Assembly: GCA_038065475.1 (NCBI GenBank)
Contig: JBBTQY010000010.1
Span: forward strand, 3,531-67,530
Direction: 5' to 3'
Source: Patescibacteria group bacterium
GTDB taxonomy: Bacteria > Patescibacteriota > Minisyncoccia > Ryanbacterales > GWA2-47-10b
DNA: 64,000 nucleotides
The notes beneath the pieces are model-generated. The model made no database searches, was not told the origin of the DNA, and saw only the letters and a list, made by a program, of their open reading frames with translations. The translations under genes were made by a program, and so were the position numbers. Shown one piece after another: positions 27,010 to 37,544 of the stretch; positions within the stretch are counted from its first letter, which is position 1, and each line of letters starts with the position of its first letter.

Positions 27010-28119
27010 TTGGTTTCATACATGAAAGGTATCTCTTCTTCATTTAACCCACTCGGATTTCTCAAAGCCTTTACCAAGGATCGGAGTGTTCTTGGTATCG
27101 ATGTAGGTGCGGCTTCACTTAAGATTATACAAATACGCAAAGACCGTGAACAAGCGGTACTCGAAACGTACGGCGAGCTCTCGACCGCAGCGTACACTGG
27201 CGGCGAGGCAGGTCGCGCGACGCTTTTAGCTGATGAAAAAGTATCTGAGATGATCGTTGACCTGCGCCGTGAGGCCGGTGCCACGGCTACTCGCGGTATT
27301 ATCTCAATCCCGCTGCGATACAGCTTCATCACTACTATTGATATGCCAGAGCTCAACGATCAGCAGTTGGCCGAAGCTATCCAGTTTGAAGCGCGCCGGT
27401 ACATACCCATACCGCTCTCTGATGTGATGGTTGATTGGTGGCGCATTCCGGCAGGCGAAGGTGACAAATCACATACTATCAAGATTTTGCTCGCCGCAGT
27501 GCAAAAAGACGTCGTTGATAAATACAGCCGAATACTCTCACAAGCAAAGATCGAGTCACTCGGTTTTGAGATCGAGGTATTTAGCGCAGCGCGCACGCTT
27601 TCATCACGCATGCGAGGTGCCACACTTCTTTTTGATATTGGCGCGCTCTCAACCAAAATTTTTATCGTAAATCAGGGTGTGGTGCAGGCGGTCCATCACG
27701 TCGATCGCGCCTCGCAGGCGTTTTCTCTAGCTATCTCGCAATCACTGGGTGTAGATTTCAAACGTGCCGAGCAGGTCAAGCGCGATGTAGGTATTTCAAA
27801 TCGGCCAGAGGCCGCGGGCGTGCGTCATACCATCACACCGCTTTTGGATTCGATTTTTGATGAAGCTGATCGTGTGCGCACGACGTTTAGGCGCCGCACA
27901 GGGTTGCCGATTGATCACGCAGTGCTCTTGGGTGGGGGAAGTCTCATGCCGGGGTTGGTAGATTATGCGGTAGAAAAGCTCGGCATCGAAGTTTTGCTCT
28001 CAAATCCGTTTGGTCAGCTCGTGTACCCCGCATTTTTACAGCCAACACTCAAAGGAATCGCCCCTAGTTTTACTGTAGCCACAGGTTTAACCTTGCGAGC
28101 CCTCGGCGCGATGGATTAG
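27010..28119 (+). CDS. pilM: type IV pilus assembly ATPase-like protein PilM
   Basis: Actin-like fold motifs (LGIDVGAASLKI...; LGGGSLMPGL). Confidence 0.85.
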   Translation: MVSYMKGISSSFNPLGFLKAFTKDRSVLGIDVGAASLKIIQIRKDREQAVLETYGELSTAAYTGGEAGRATLLADEKVSEMIVDLRREAGATATRGIISIPLRYSFITTIDMPELNDQQLAEAIQFEARRYIPIPLSDVMVDWWRIPAGEGDKSHTIKILLAAVQKDVVDKYSRILSQAKIESLGFEIEVFSAARTLSSRMRGATLLFDIGALSTKIFIVNQGVVQAVHHVDRASQAFSLAISQSLGVDFKRAEQVKRDVGISNRPEAAGVRHTITPLLDSIFDEADRVRTTFRRRTGLPIDHAVLLGGGSLMPGLVDYAVEKLGIEVLLSNPFGQLVYPAFLQPTLKGIAPSFTVATGLTLRALGAMD

Positions 28120-28143
28120 GCAGTGTATACTTATCAGTAGGCA

Positions 28144-28776
28144 ATGGAAGAACAAAAGTTCATATCACATTCACAGTTAGCACCTTCCTCCACGGTACCT
28201 CGTCAGGGCCTCGGGCTTTTTAGCGTGCTTGCCATTGTGGTTGCGGTACTCGCTTTTGCTTTTACGGGAGGCCTCTTTTTGCTCAAACAATCAAACGAAC
28301 AGCAAAAGACAGCGGTCATCGAGAAGCTCAAAGAACTCAGAGACGAAACCGAGCTTGCCTCGCTCCAAAATATCAAAAATATCCAAGATCGTATCGCTAT
28401 CGCCAAGCGGGTGTTGGATGCTCACGTGTACTCATCGCAGGCTTTTATCTTTGCTGAGCGTCACACACTAGGTGCTATCAATATCCGATCGTTCGATTTT
28501 TCAAAAGATATCGTAAAAATGGAGCTCACCGCGCCCGGATACCTCGAATTTGCTCAGCAAATAAAATATTACCGCGATCCGAGTCTCAAGAATGTAATCA
28601 AGTCATACACATTTAAGCCGCCAGTGCTCACTGACCGCGGGCAGATTGATTTTGGCGTTGATATAACACTGACCCCTGAATATTTGCGCACCAAGCCCGG
28701 CGCTTCCCGTGATGATATCGAGGAAAGTGATATCCCACCGACTGATGAAATAGATATAACCGAAGAAGATCTATGA
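28144..28776 (+). CDS. PilN-like bitopic pilus assembly protein
   Basis: Single N-terminal TM helix and coiled coil; position after pilM. Confidence 0.5.
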   Translation: MEEQKFISHSQLAPSSTVPRQGLGLFSVLAIVVAVLAFAFTGGLFLLKQSNEQQKTAVIEKLKELRDETELASLQNIKNIQDRIAIAKRVLDAHVYSSQAFIFAERHTLGAINIRSFDFSKDIVKMELTAPGYLEFAQQIKYYRDPSLKNVIKSYTFKPPVLTDRGQIDFGVDITLTPEYLRTKPGASRDDIEESDIPPTDEIDITEEDL

Positions 28777-29312
28777 AAGGATTTCTAGTCATTATTATTT
28801 TTGTTGGTTCCCTGATGACGGTTCAGTTTTTCGCATTTCCCATGATCAAAGAAGTTCGCACCCAGTGGGATGATATCGCGCGTATGCAGACAATCCTCGA
28901 AAATGCAGAACGTACCAAAGAAGATCGCATCAAATACCTTGATCGCTTGGCGAGCGTTAGTGAAGACGACCTTCACCGATTAGGGCTTTTGGTGCCAAAC
29001 GAAGTGGTAACCGAAGATCTCTACGTATTTCTCAACAATGTGGTTAAAGATTCAGGTCTCAAGCCAAAAACAATCACCGTGACAGATATCGGCAGCAAAG
29101 CTGGCAGCAAACAAGCCCAGAAGGCGCTCGTATTTGATGTTACGGTTTCGGGTCCCTATGCCAACATGCGTAAATTACTGACAGCGGTAGAGGCAAACTT
29201 GCGTTTGATGGATGTAGAAGTATTGAAGATAACCCATACACAGGCGGTAGACGAGCCCAAGACATTTTATACCCTTATTCTCCAAGGTAAATTATATTAT
29301 GCCGGCAATTAA
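28773..29312 (+). CDS. PilO-like bitopic pilus assembly protein
   Basis: Single TM helix and coiled coil; operon position. Confidence 0.45.
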   Translation: MKGFLVIIIFVGSLMTVQFFAFPMIKEVRTQWDDIARMQTILENAERTKEDRIKYLDRLASVSEDDLHRLGLLVPNEVVTEDLYVFLNNVVKDSGLKPKTITVTDIGSKAGSKQAQKALVFDVTVSGPYANMRKLLTAVEANLRLMDVEVLKITHTQAVDEPKTFYTLILQGKLYYAGN

Positions 29313-29787
29313 CAACGGTAATTTTTATAACGCAACTGCTGGGCGTCAGCCCGGAGGTAGCAACAAACAAATGCTCTTTTTGGGTATTGGTATTGTGATT
29401 GTTATTGTTGCTACTTATATAACGTATCGATATTTTACCCAGGGCGCGGGAGAAAATGTACCCGTGGTAAATACCCAGGAAGCCCCTGGTGTGCAACCAG
29501 TAGGTCAGGAAGAGGGGGGCGGGCTTCCGCCTGAGGCACAAGAAATTCAAGATGCGCTCAATATTTACAATGCCATTGCCGACATACCTCTCGATACGGA
29601 GTTTTTCAACCGAGCGACATTCAAAGATCTCATCGAATATCCTATAAATATCCCCAATGCATCACCTCGTCCGGGAAGAGTATTTGAGCTCTGGACTCCT
29701 CCACAAACCGGTGCCCAGCTGCCAGCTTCTGCGGGTACTCCTCCTCCGTCGGCAGCAGGCGACACGTCGATTCGTATCCGGCGCTAA
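29299..29787 (+). CDS. bitopic Pro/Gly-rich pilus-associated protein (PilP-like?)
   Basis: One TM helix and a proline-rich periplasmic region. Confidence 0.35.
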   Translation: MPAINNGNFYNATAGRQPGGSNKQMLFLGIGIVIVIVATYITYRYFTQGAGENVPVVNTQEAPGVQPVGQEEGGGLPPEAQEIQDALNIYNAIADIPLDTEFFNRATFKDLIEYPINIPNASPRPGRVFELWTPPQTGAQLPASAGTPPPSAAGDTSIRIRR

Positions 29788-29793
29788 CTATAT

Positions 29794-31503
29794 ATGCGTT
29801 CTATTCTCGACCTTCTTATCGCCAAAGGAGTCATTGACGAGGCTCTTGCTCGCAAGGTACGCAATGATGCTCGCGATTCCGGCAAAGAGCTTGAAGTAGC
29901 TCTTATCGACCTCGGCGTGCCCGAGGGCGCAATCTTAGAAGCAAAATCTGATTTGCTCGGCGTGCCCGTCAGGCGTCTTGATGGTGCAAAAATTCCTTTC
30001 GATGTACTCAAGTATTTGCCTGAAGAATCAGCTCGCCATTATCAAATGGTGCCGGTAGGCTTTGAAGACGGTGTGCTCGAGGTGGGCATGATAGCGCCTG
30101 ACAGCCTTGAGGCAAGAGAGGCTCTGCAGTTTATCTCATCGAATCTGAATATGCCGTTTAAGATTTTTCTTATCGCACGTTCGGATTTCCAAGCTGTTTT
30201 AAAAGAATATCAGGGCTTGGGAGGTGAGGTATCAAAGGCTATCGCTACGCTCGGCGATACGCTGATTGATTTGCCAGGTAAAGAAAATGCGCGCACGCGT
30301 GAGGAGACGACGATTGCTGAAGACGCGCCGATCACCAAAATGGTAAGTGTTATTTTGCGCCATGCGGTAGAAGGCAAGGCCTCTGACGTGCACATTGAAC
30401 CGTCGACAGACAAGTTGCGCGTGCGATTTCGCGTTGATGGTGTGCTCTATACCAGCATTATTTTGCCTATGAATGTGCATGATGCGATTATCTCGCGCAT
30501 CAAAATTATGACCAACATGAAGATTGATGAAAAGCGCAAACCGCAAGACGGGCGTTTTCGCGTGCATGTTGATCGTCGTGATGTCGACTTTCGCGTCTCA
30601 ACCTTTCCTACCTATTACGGTGAGAAAGTGGCGCTGCGTATTTTGGACCCTGAGATAGGTATCAAAAGCTTTGAGGATCTCGGTATCGATGGTGATAATC
30701 TTAAAAAAATTCACGAAGCGCTCAAGCGTCCGTTTGGCATGATTTTGATCACCGGTCCTACCGGATCTGGTAAATCAACGACGCTCTACGCAATGCTCAA
30801 AGTACTCAACGATGAAAAGCGCAATATTGTGAGCTTGGAAGATCCCGTTGAGTACTATATGGAAGGTCTCAATCAGTCGCAGGTGCGCCCCGAGATCGAT
30901 TATACGTTTGCCTCTGGTTTGCGTAGCGTGCTCCGCCAGGACCCCGACGTTATCATGGTAGGTGAGATCCGCGACCGCGAGACCGCGCAGCTTGCAGTGC
31001 ATGCCGCACTCACCGGTCACCTCGTACTCTCGACGCTGCATACCAACGACGCTATCGGTGTCATCCCGCGTCTTGTCGATATGGGTGTTGATCCGTTTTT
31101 GATTCCTTCGGTGTTGGCGCTTGCCATGGGTCAGCGCTTGGTGCGCAAACTTTGCCCCGAATCACGAAAAGAAATACCCGTAGCGGATAAGCTCAAAGAA
31201 AATATGGAAAAGGAACTGGCAGGCATGCCCGAGGCGTTGCGAGCACAGATCAAGCTGCCCGCTGTCATTTACGAGGCGCAGCCGTCTCCGTCGTGCCCCA
31301 AGGGCATGCGTGGGCGAATCGCTGTTGTCGAAACGCTGGTCATGACGCCAGATTTAGAGAAAGTTATCTTGCATGAACCGTCAGAATACAAGATTGCCGA
31401 AGAAGCAAAGCGTCAAAATATGCTTACCATGCGCCAAGACGGCATTCTCAAGGCATTTAATGGCATGATTGGCCTTGAAGAGCTTTTCGAGGTGGTTGTA
31501 TAA
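29794..31503 (+). CDS. pilB: type IV pilus extension ATPase PilB/GspE
   Basis: N1/N2 domains, Walker A GPTGSGKSTT, Asp and His boxes, and a tetracysteine motif. Confidence 0.92.
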   Translation: MRSILDLLIAKGVIDEALARKVRNDARDSGKELEVALIDLGVPEGAILEAKSDLLGVPVRRLDGAKIPFDVLKYLPEESARHYQMVPVGFEDGVLEVGMIAPDSLEAREALQFISSNLNMPFKIFLIARSDFQAVLKEYQGLGGEVSKAIATLGDTLIDLPGKENARTREETTIAEDAPITKMVSVILRHAVEGKASDVHIEPSTDKLRVRFRVDGVLYTSIILPMNVHDAIISRIKIMTNMKIDEKRKPQDGRFRVHVDRRDVDFRVSTFPTYYGEKVALRILDPEIGIKSFEDLGIDGDNLKKIHEALKRPFGMILITGPTGSGKSTTLYAMLKVLNDEKRNIVSLEDPVEYYMEGLNQSQVRPEIDYTFASGLRSVLRQDPDVIMVGEIRDRETAQLAVHAALTGHLVLSTLHTNDAIGVIPRLVDMGVDPFLIPSVLALAMGQRLVRKLCPESRKEIPVADKLKENMEKELAGMPEALRAQIKLPAVIYEAQPSPSCPKGMRGRIAVVETLVMTPDLEKVILHEPSEYKIAEEAKRQNMLTMRQDGILKAFNGMIGLEELFEVVV

Positions 31504-31513
31504 TAAAGTTACT

Positions 31514-31897
31514 ATGGTGGCCGAAGCAATAAAAATTCTTCTTGTCGACGACGACGATTTTTTGCTGGACATGTATTCAGTAAAATTCAAAGAAGAAGGC
31601 TTTCTGATTGATGTTGCGTCTTCGGGCGCTGATGCGCTCGATAAACTTAAAAAGGGGGCATACGATGTTGTCTTGCTCGACATCGTCATGCCGGCACTCG
31701 ATGGTTTTGAGGTCTTGACTCGTATCAAAAAAGAACGGCTCGCAGAGAAAGCGATCATTATCATCCTTTCAAATCTCGGACAAAAAGAAGACATCGAGCG
31801 AGGACTTTCCTTGGGGGCTCATGATTATGTCATCAAGGCGCACTTTACCCCCCGCGAGGTTGTAGAAAAGGTAAAACAACATCTCGGGAAAAAATAA
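31514..31897 (+). CDS. stand-alone CheY-like response-regulator receiver (PilH-like)
   Basis: LLVDDDD...D57-like DIVMP...K; no output domain. Confidence 0.8.
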   Translation: MVAEAIKILLVDDDDFLLDMYSVKFKEEGFLIDVASSGADALDKLKKGAYDVVLLDIVMPALDGFEVLTRIKKERLAEKAIIIILSNLGQKEDIERGLSLGAHDYVIKAHFTPREVVEKVKQHLGKK

Positions 31898-31915
31898 TTC
31901 ACCTGCCAAAATTTT

Positions 31916-32980
31916 ATGGATTTTGAAAAAGAGCTTGAAGATTTGGTGACTACGGTGCTTCGCGAAGGAGCATCGGATTTGCATTTGTCAGTCAGCAGAT
32001 ACCCGACTATTCGCGTGCAGGGGGCTCTCATCCCGCTTACCAAAAAATATATCATCACGCCTGATATCATGGAGGGTATTTTGACGGCCATGCTGCCAAA
32101 AGATCGCATGCAGGAGTATGTAAAAAACAAAGAGCTTGATTTTTCGTTTGAACACAAGGGTCGCGCTCGTTTTCGCGTCAATGTTTTTTTTCAGCGCAAT
32201 TTTATGGGTTGTGCTATGCGTTTGGTGCCAGTAAAGATTCGTAGTTTAGAGGATCTCAATATTCCTCCGCAGCTCAAAGATTTTGCACGCAAAGAACAAG
32301 GCTTCTTTCTCGTTGTGGGCCCGACCGGACACGGCAAGACCACGACTCTCGCAGCACTCTTTGATATGATCAACCACGAACGCGCCGAACACATGGTGAC
32401 CATCGAAGATCCTATCGAGTATTTGTTTACTTCTGATCGTTCAATCATCGACCAGCGTGAAATTCGCGCCGACACCATCGATTTCAATGTGGCGTTGCGC
32501 TCGGTGTTTCGCCAAGATATCAACGTGCTCATGGTCGGCGAAATGCGTGACCACGAGACTATCTCGGCAGCGGTCACAGCTGCGGAAACCGGTCACCTCG
32601 TACTCTCGACACTTCACACCAACAACGCCGCTCAAACCATTGACCGTATCATCGATAGTTTTCCTGGTAACCAACAGTCACAAATCCGCGCGCAATTAGC
32701 AGGAACACTGCTTGGCATTTTCTCTCAGCGCCTGATCCCACGTATCTCGGGCGGCTTGATTCCTGCCTATGAACTTTTGATCGCCAACACAGCAGTGCGC
32801 AACCTGATTCGCGAGAACCGTACGCACGAGATTGATTTGGTTATCGAGACAAGCTCGCAAGAAGGTATGATCAGCCTCAACCGGTCACTTATGGAACTTT
32901 TGCGCAGGGGAGAGATTACTATGGAAAGCGCGGTGGGATATTCACTCAATCCATCTGAGCTTCGCGTGCTCAACCAATAA
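31916..32980 (+). CDS. pilT: twitching-motility pilus retraction ATPase PilT
   Basis: Walker A GPTGHGKTTT and a PilT-specific AIRNLIRE-like motif (AVRNLIRE). Confidence 0.92.
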   Translation: MDFEKELEDLVTTVLREGASDLHLSVSRYPTIRVQGALIPLTKKYIITPDIMEGILTAMLPKDRMQEYVKNKELDFSFEHKGRARFRVNVFFQRNFMGCAMRLVPVKIRSLEDLNIPPQLKDFARKEQGFFLVVGPTGHGKTTTLAALFDMINHERAEHMVTIEDPIEYLFTSDRSIIDQREIRADTIDFNVALRSVFRQDINVLMVGEMRDHETISAAVTAAETGHLVLSTLHTNNAAQTIDRIIDSFPGNQQSQIRAQLAGTLLGIFSQRLIPRISGGLIPAYELLIANTAVRNLIRENRTHEIDLVIETSSQEGMISLNRSLMELLRRGEITMESAVGYSLNPSELRVLNQ

Positions 32981-32983
32981 TGT

Positions 32984-34192
32984 ATGCTTTTTAGTTACCA
33001 AGCGCGTACCCACGAAGGTCTCGCTCGCTCGGGCAGTATCGAGGCGCCCTCTATCGACGGCGCGGTACAAGCCTTGCAGCGGCAAAATCTTGTGGTGCTC
33101 TCGGTGCGCCCTACGACGCCTCCAACACCATTTCTCATGCGCATCATGGGGCGTTTTGGTAAACCAAAACAGCGCGACGTCATGCTCCTCTCGCGTCAGC
33201 TCTCAACCCTTTTTGAGGCAAAGGTGCCGGTAGTCCAGACTTTCCGTACCCTTATCGGCCAATCAGCATCAGGGCCCATGCGCGCGCACTTGGTAGAGGT
33301 TCTCGATGATGTGCAGGGTGGTATGAGTATGTCGCAAGCGATGGCAAAACATCCGGCGGTATTTTCAAACTTCTTTGTCAATATGGTGCGTTCGGGTGAG
33401 GAATCAGGAAAACTCGACGATGTTTTTAATTATCTTGCTGACTATCTTGAGCGCACCTACGCGCTTGTTACCAAAATGCGCAATGCGCTTATCTATCCCG
33501 CATTTATTTTGACTGCATTTTTTGGTGTAGTTATTTTGCTCTTGACGGTTGTCATCCCGAAGCTTACCGCGATTATTCTTGAAGCCGGCCAGGAGTTGCC
33601 TATCTATACGAGAATTGTTATCGGCACCAGTGATTTTTTGCGCAACTACGGTATATTTCTTTTACTCTTGGTGTTAGGCGCCGGATTCTTTCTTTACCGA
33701 TATATACAAACGCCTGAGGGAAAACGTGCGTGGAGTCGTACGCAGCTTGCTGTTCCCATCGTCGGCCCGCTCTTTCAAAAGTTTTATTTGGCTCGCTTGT
33801 CAGACAACCTGCAGACCTTGATTACTGGTGGCGTACCGATTGTGCGCGCTTTGCAGATCACCGCAGAGGTGGTTGGCAATGAGATTTATCGGGGGATTAT
33901 TCTTGAATCAATTGAAGCGGTACGCGCTGGTAGTACCATCGCCGATGCGTTTGACAGGCATACCGAGATCCCGCCTTTGTTGACTCAGATGATGCGTATC
34001 GGTGAAGAGACGGGTAAACTCGACCAGATTCTCAAGTCGATCTCGCGCTTTTATTCTCGTGAAGTAGAAAGCTTGGTAGATAACCTTGTCGCACTCATCG
34101 AGCCGGTTCTTATCCTCATCCTTGGTCTCGGTATCGGGCTCATCGTAGCCTCAGTGCTTTTGCCGATTTATAACCTGACGCAAGCATTTTAG
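32984..34192 (+). CDS. pilC: type IV pilus platform protein PilC/GspF
   Basis: Two GspF repeats and three TM helices. Confidence 0.9.
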   Translation: MLFSYQARTHEGLARSGSIEAPSIDGAVQALQRQNLVVLSVRPTTPPTPFLMRIMGRFGKPKQRDVMLLSRQLSTLFEAKVPVVQTFRTLIGQSASGPMRAHLVEVLDDVQGGMSMSQAMAKHPAVFSNFFVNMVRSGEESGKLDDVFNYLADYLERTYALVTKMRNALIYPAFILTAFFGVVILLLTVVIPKLTAIILEAGQELPIYTRIVIGTSDFLRNYGIFLLLLVLGAGFFLYRYIQTPEGKRAWSRTQLAVPIVGPLFQKFYLARLSDNLQTLITGGVPIVRALQITAEVVGNEIYRGIILESIEAVRAGSTIADAFDRHTEIPPLLTQMMRIGEETGKLDQILKSISRFYSREVESLVDNLVALIEPVLILILGLGIGLIVASVLLPIYNLTQAF

Positions 34193-34329
34193 GTGGTTAT
34201 CCACAGAAAAGCGTTTATCTTATGCGGGCTTTGATATAATACAAAGTAGGTTCTGTCCTGCATGGGTAGGACGGGTCGATTATTCTTCGCGATACAAAGG
34301 TTTATTACTACACAAATTTTATAAATATA

Positions 34330-34863
34330 ATGAAAAAACAAATGAAGAAAGGTTTTACACTCATTGAACTTTTGGTGGTTATCGCCATCATCGGTGTACT
34401 TGCAGGTATCGTGCTCGCAGCACTTAACACTGCTCGTAACAAGGGTGCTGACGCAGCGATCAAGGGCAACTTAGCAGGCTTGCGCACCCAAGCCGAACTT
34501 CTATACGATGTGCCAAACTGCTATGTTCCTTCAGGTACCACCTGTGCTACTGCTGCGGCATTCCCAGCGGGCGACTGTGCTGCAACTGCAAATACGCTCT
34601 TTGCAGACACGACCATCAGAAATGCTATCACTGCGGCAGGCAACTCCTTTGATGGCGGAGGCATCTCTTCAGGATGGTGCTCACAAACTACTGCGGGTGG
34701 CGCTTGGGCAATAGCCGTTCCGCTCAAGACGGGTACTTTTGGAACACTCGATACGGTTCCAGACGCATGGTGTGTTGATAGTGCCGGTAAGAGTCAGGCA
34801 TATACCGCTCCAACCGCAGCAGATACGCTTGACGATGCTATTGTTGCTAATGCTTGTATCTAA
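34330..34863 (+). CDS. pilA: type IV pilin (major pilin candidate)
   Basis: Prepilin leader MKKQMKKG|FTLIELLVV; Cys-rich C-terminal region; strong terminator downstream. Confidence 0.9.
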   Translation: MKKQMKKGFTLIELLVVIAIIGVLAGIVLAALNTARNKGADAAIKGNLAGLRTQAELLYDVPNCYVPSGTTCATAAAFPAGDCAATANTLFADTTIRNAITAAGNSFDGGGISSGWCSQTTAGGAWAIAVPLKTGTFGTLDTVPDAWCVDSAGKSQAYTAPTAADTLDDAIVANACI

Positions 34864-34894
34864 GGTCAGATTTTAGAAAGAGTTTACTAAAAGC

Positions 34895-34926
34895 AAAAAC
34901 CGCCTTCGGGCGGTTTTTGCTTTTAC
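34895..34926 (+). terminator. rho-independent terminator after pilA
   Basis: aaaaaccgccttcgggcggtttttgctttt. Confidence 0.75.
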
Positions 34927-34957
34927 ATAAAGAGTTATTTTTAGATATAATAATATT

Positions 34958-35428
34958 ATGTTTTTGCATCGTCGCGCCTTTACACTCATTGAACTTTTGG
35001 TGGTCACCTCAATCATCGGTATTCTTTCTGGTATTGTGCTTGCAGCGCTCACGCATGCGCGTAATCGCTCGTATGACGTCGCTGTCAAAGATAATTTGGG
35101 CAACGTACGTACGCAGGCAGGTATTTTTTATAGTAACAATCAAAGCTATGGTGATGGTCTTACCATACAAGGTGACTGTTATCACCCCAGTGACACCGCG
35201 ACTATGTTCAAGATCGATCCTATCGTCGCGAGTATGATTAAGGCAGCCGATGACGCGAACCATGGTAGTGATGTGCGTTGTACCACCAATACATCGGCCG
35301 GCACTAATGCTTCTTTGTGGTCTATCGACTCTCCCTTGATAGAGGGTGGTTATTGGTGTGTTGACGCCGAAGGATCTGGTAAAATAGTAGCTAGCAGGGG
35401 TGCCGACGGCGCTTGCCCTGCGTCATAG
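34958..35428 (+). CDS. type IV pilin 2
   Basis: Leader ...RRA|FTLIELLVV. Confidence 0.85.
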   Translation: MFLHRRAFTLIELLVVTSIIGILSGIVLAALTHARNRSYDVAVKDNLGNVRTQAGIFYSNNQSYGDGLTIQGDCYHPSDTATMFKIDPIVASMIKAADDANHGSDVRCTTNTSAGTNASLWSIDSPLIEGGYWCVDAEGSGKIVASRGADGACPAS

Positions 35429-36248
35429 GCACTTTATGTTTCTCACATTTCTTTTTATCATCGGGCTCGCATTGGGGAGCTTTCTGAATGTCGTTGCGTT
35501 GCGCCTCAATACTGGTGAGAATTTACGCGGGCGATCGCGGTGTTTTTCGTGCCTCAGAAAGCTCGGGTGGTCTGATTTAGTACCTTTGGCAAGTTTTGTG
35601 GCAATTCGCGGGCGCTGTCGCACATGCGGTAGTAAAATATCTTTTCAATATCCAGCAGTTGAGTTGGCAGCAGCTCTTCTTACCGCAGGCACAGGATATA
35701 TGATGTTTGGTTTTGGCGTTCCTCAAGACCTGACGCGCGTCGCGCAGTATGTTTTGGCGGTTACTTTTCTTCTCACGCTTCTTACCGCATCAGTATACGA
35801 TTTGCGTCATAAAATTATTCCCGATCAGTTAAGTCTTTTGCTTTTTGTATCAGCCATTCTTCTCGAAGGCGCTATCGTATGGCAGCAATATCCATCGTAT
35901 GTAAATGACGGATTCTTGCTGTATGATATTGCCGCGGGGGTTGGCGCATTCATTTTTTTTGCAGGTATTTGGTTCATCTCAAAAGGTGCATGGATGGGTT
36001 TTGGAGATGCAAAAATAGCCATTTCCATCGGTTTGTTTTTAGGATTTCCTAATATTGTCTTTGCACTCCTTGCTGCCTTTTGGTCGGGCGCTATCATCGG
36101 GATTATACTTTTGGCCACCAAGACGCTGGGTCGCAAATCAGAAATTCCTTTTGCCCCATTTCTTGCTTTGGGTACTTATATCGTATTTTTCTTTATCAAT
36201 TCTCCTTTTGCTGGGTGGCTATCGAGTATTTTCATCCCCATATTTTAA
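35400..36248 (+). CDS. pilD: prepilin peptidase PilD (A24 family)
   Basis: Zn-finger CxxC...CxxC and the conserved Asp pair; the start may be at 35433. Confidence 0.85.
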   Translation: MPTALALRHRHFMFLTFLFIIGLALGSFLNVVALRLNTGENLRGRSRCFSCLRKLGWSDLVPLASFVAIRGRCRTCGSKISFQYPAVELAAALLTAGTGYMMFGFGVPQDLTRVAQYVLAVTFLLTLLTASVYDLRHKIIPDQLSLLLFVSAILLEGAIVWQQYPSYVNDGFLLYDIAAGVGAFIFFAGIWFISKGAWMGFGDAKIAISIGLFLGFPNIVFALLAAFWSGAIIGIILLATKTLGRKSEIPFAPFLALGTYIVFFFINSPFAGWLSSIFIPIF

Positions 36249-36252
36249 GACT

Positions 36253-36909
36253 ATGAATTATCAGCGCGCATTTTCACTCATCGAACTCCTTGTCTCTATC
36301 GGTATCATTGCGATGATATCGGCGGTTGTGTTTTTTAACTTTCCCCAATTCAACGAATCAGTAGCGCTCAATCGCGCGGCGCGCGAGCTTACCCTGACGC
36401 TTCGTGAGGCGCAATCTCGTGCTATTGCAGTAACCCCACTTCCCAATGGTGAGTTTCCAAATAATTATGGCGTTTTTATCAAAGGAACGCCGACAGCGGA
36501 GGGGGACGGGCAGTTTCTTATTTTTTCAGACGGTGACAACAATGATCTCAAATATGACACTGCCGCTGATCCCAGCGATGTTTTGATAAAAACAGTTACT
36601 TTCACACGAGGCGTACAGATAACTGGTTTTAATCTCGACGGAGCGACCCCTACCGGCGGTGTAAATTTTATTTACTATAGGCCTGGTCCGCAGGTCATTG
36701 TTTCTGACGAGACAGGGGCATGCGTCTCAGGTGTGGAAGGCTCCGGTAACGGACAAAATCCTTTGTGCGCTGCCGCTCTAAGTCCCTATGCTTCAACGCT
36801 TGGATCTTATGGCCCTTTTAATATAGCTATATCTCGCCCCGCGAGCTCTCCTCCTGGGGGGTCACGTACGGTAGAGATATGGCGTACCGGTCAAATATCG
36901 ATCAAATGA
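36253..36909 (+). CDS. minor pilin/pseudopilin
   Basis: Leader MNYQRA|FSLIELLVS. Confidence 0.7.
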   Translation: MNYQRAFSLIELLVSIGIIAMISAVVFFNFPQFNESVALNRAARELTLTLREAQSRAIAVTPLPNGEFPNNYGVFIKGTPTAEGDGQFLIFSDGDNNDLKYDTAADPSDVLIKTVTFTRGVQITGFNLDGATPTGGVNFIYYRPGPQVIVSDETGACVSGVEGSGNGQNPLCAAALSPYASTLGSYGPFNIAISRPASSPPGGSRTVEIWRTGQISIK

Positions 36910-37544
36910 ACTATCAGCGGAGCTTTACACTCTTAGAAACGATTGTCGCCATCTATGTGCTGTTGGCGGGTATTGTAGGTGCTATGAATCTTGCTCAGCA
37001 AAATATTAGTGCGATCACGCTCTTTCGCCATCAGCTTATCGCATCAAATCTTGCGCAAGAAGGCGCGGAGCTCGTACGTAATCGTAGAGATTCAAATGCA
37101 CTTGCCTGCAGTGCTACAGGATATACCGATAGTTCATGCTTTGATCTGAACGATTTATCATCAAATCCAAACACGCGAAATATGGAGGGTATTGCTGGCC
37201 CTCTTTCGGGTGGCACAAGATGCGATGATCCTACCACGGGATGTCGTGTCTCAAGCCCGCTTGGTAATCTTGCTACTGATATTATTGAATTTGAGCCGTG
37301 TTCTAGCACCACTGTTTGTCAGTTTTTACGTTTTGATTCGGCGACGGGTCTTTATCAATACACTTCAGGCGACCCGACTATTTTTGATAGAAAAATTACC
37401 GTAACTCCTATCGCCGGCGTTGTTCGAGATGCAGGCCTGCAAGATTGGCAGGTCATCTCAACCGTGACGTGGTGCGAGAAGCTTGATTGCACCAAGCAGG
37501 TGACGCTGCGCGAAGTGCTTACTCCTCATATGTCTCAACTCTAA
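36906..37544 (+). CDS. minor pilin/pseudopilin
   Basis: Leader MNYQRS|FTLLETIVA; overlaps the upstream stop codon (ATGA). Confidence 0.7.
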   Translation: MNYQRSFTLLETIVAIYVLLAGIVGAMNLAQQNISAITLFRHQLIASNLAQEGAELVRNRRDSNALACSATGYTDSSCFDLNDLSSNPNTRNMEGIAGPLSGGTRCDDPTTGCRVSSPLGNLATDIIEFEPCSSTTVCQFLRFDSATGLYQYTSGDPTIFDRKITVTPIAGVVRDAGLQDWQVISTVTWCEKLDCTKQVTLREVLTPHMSQL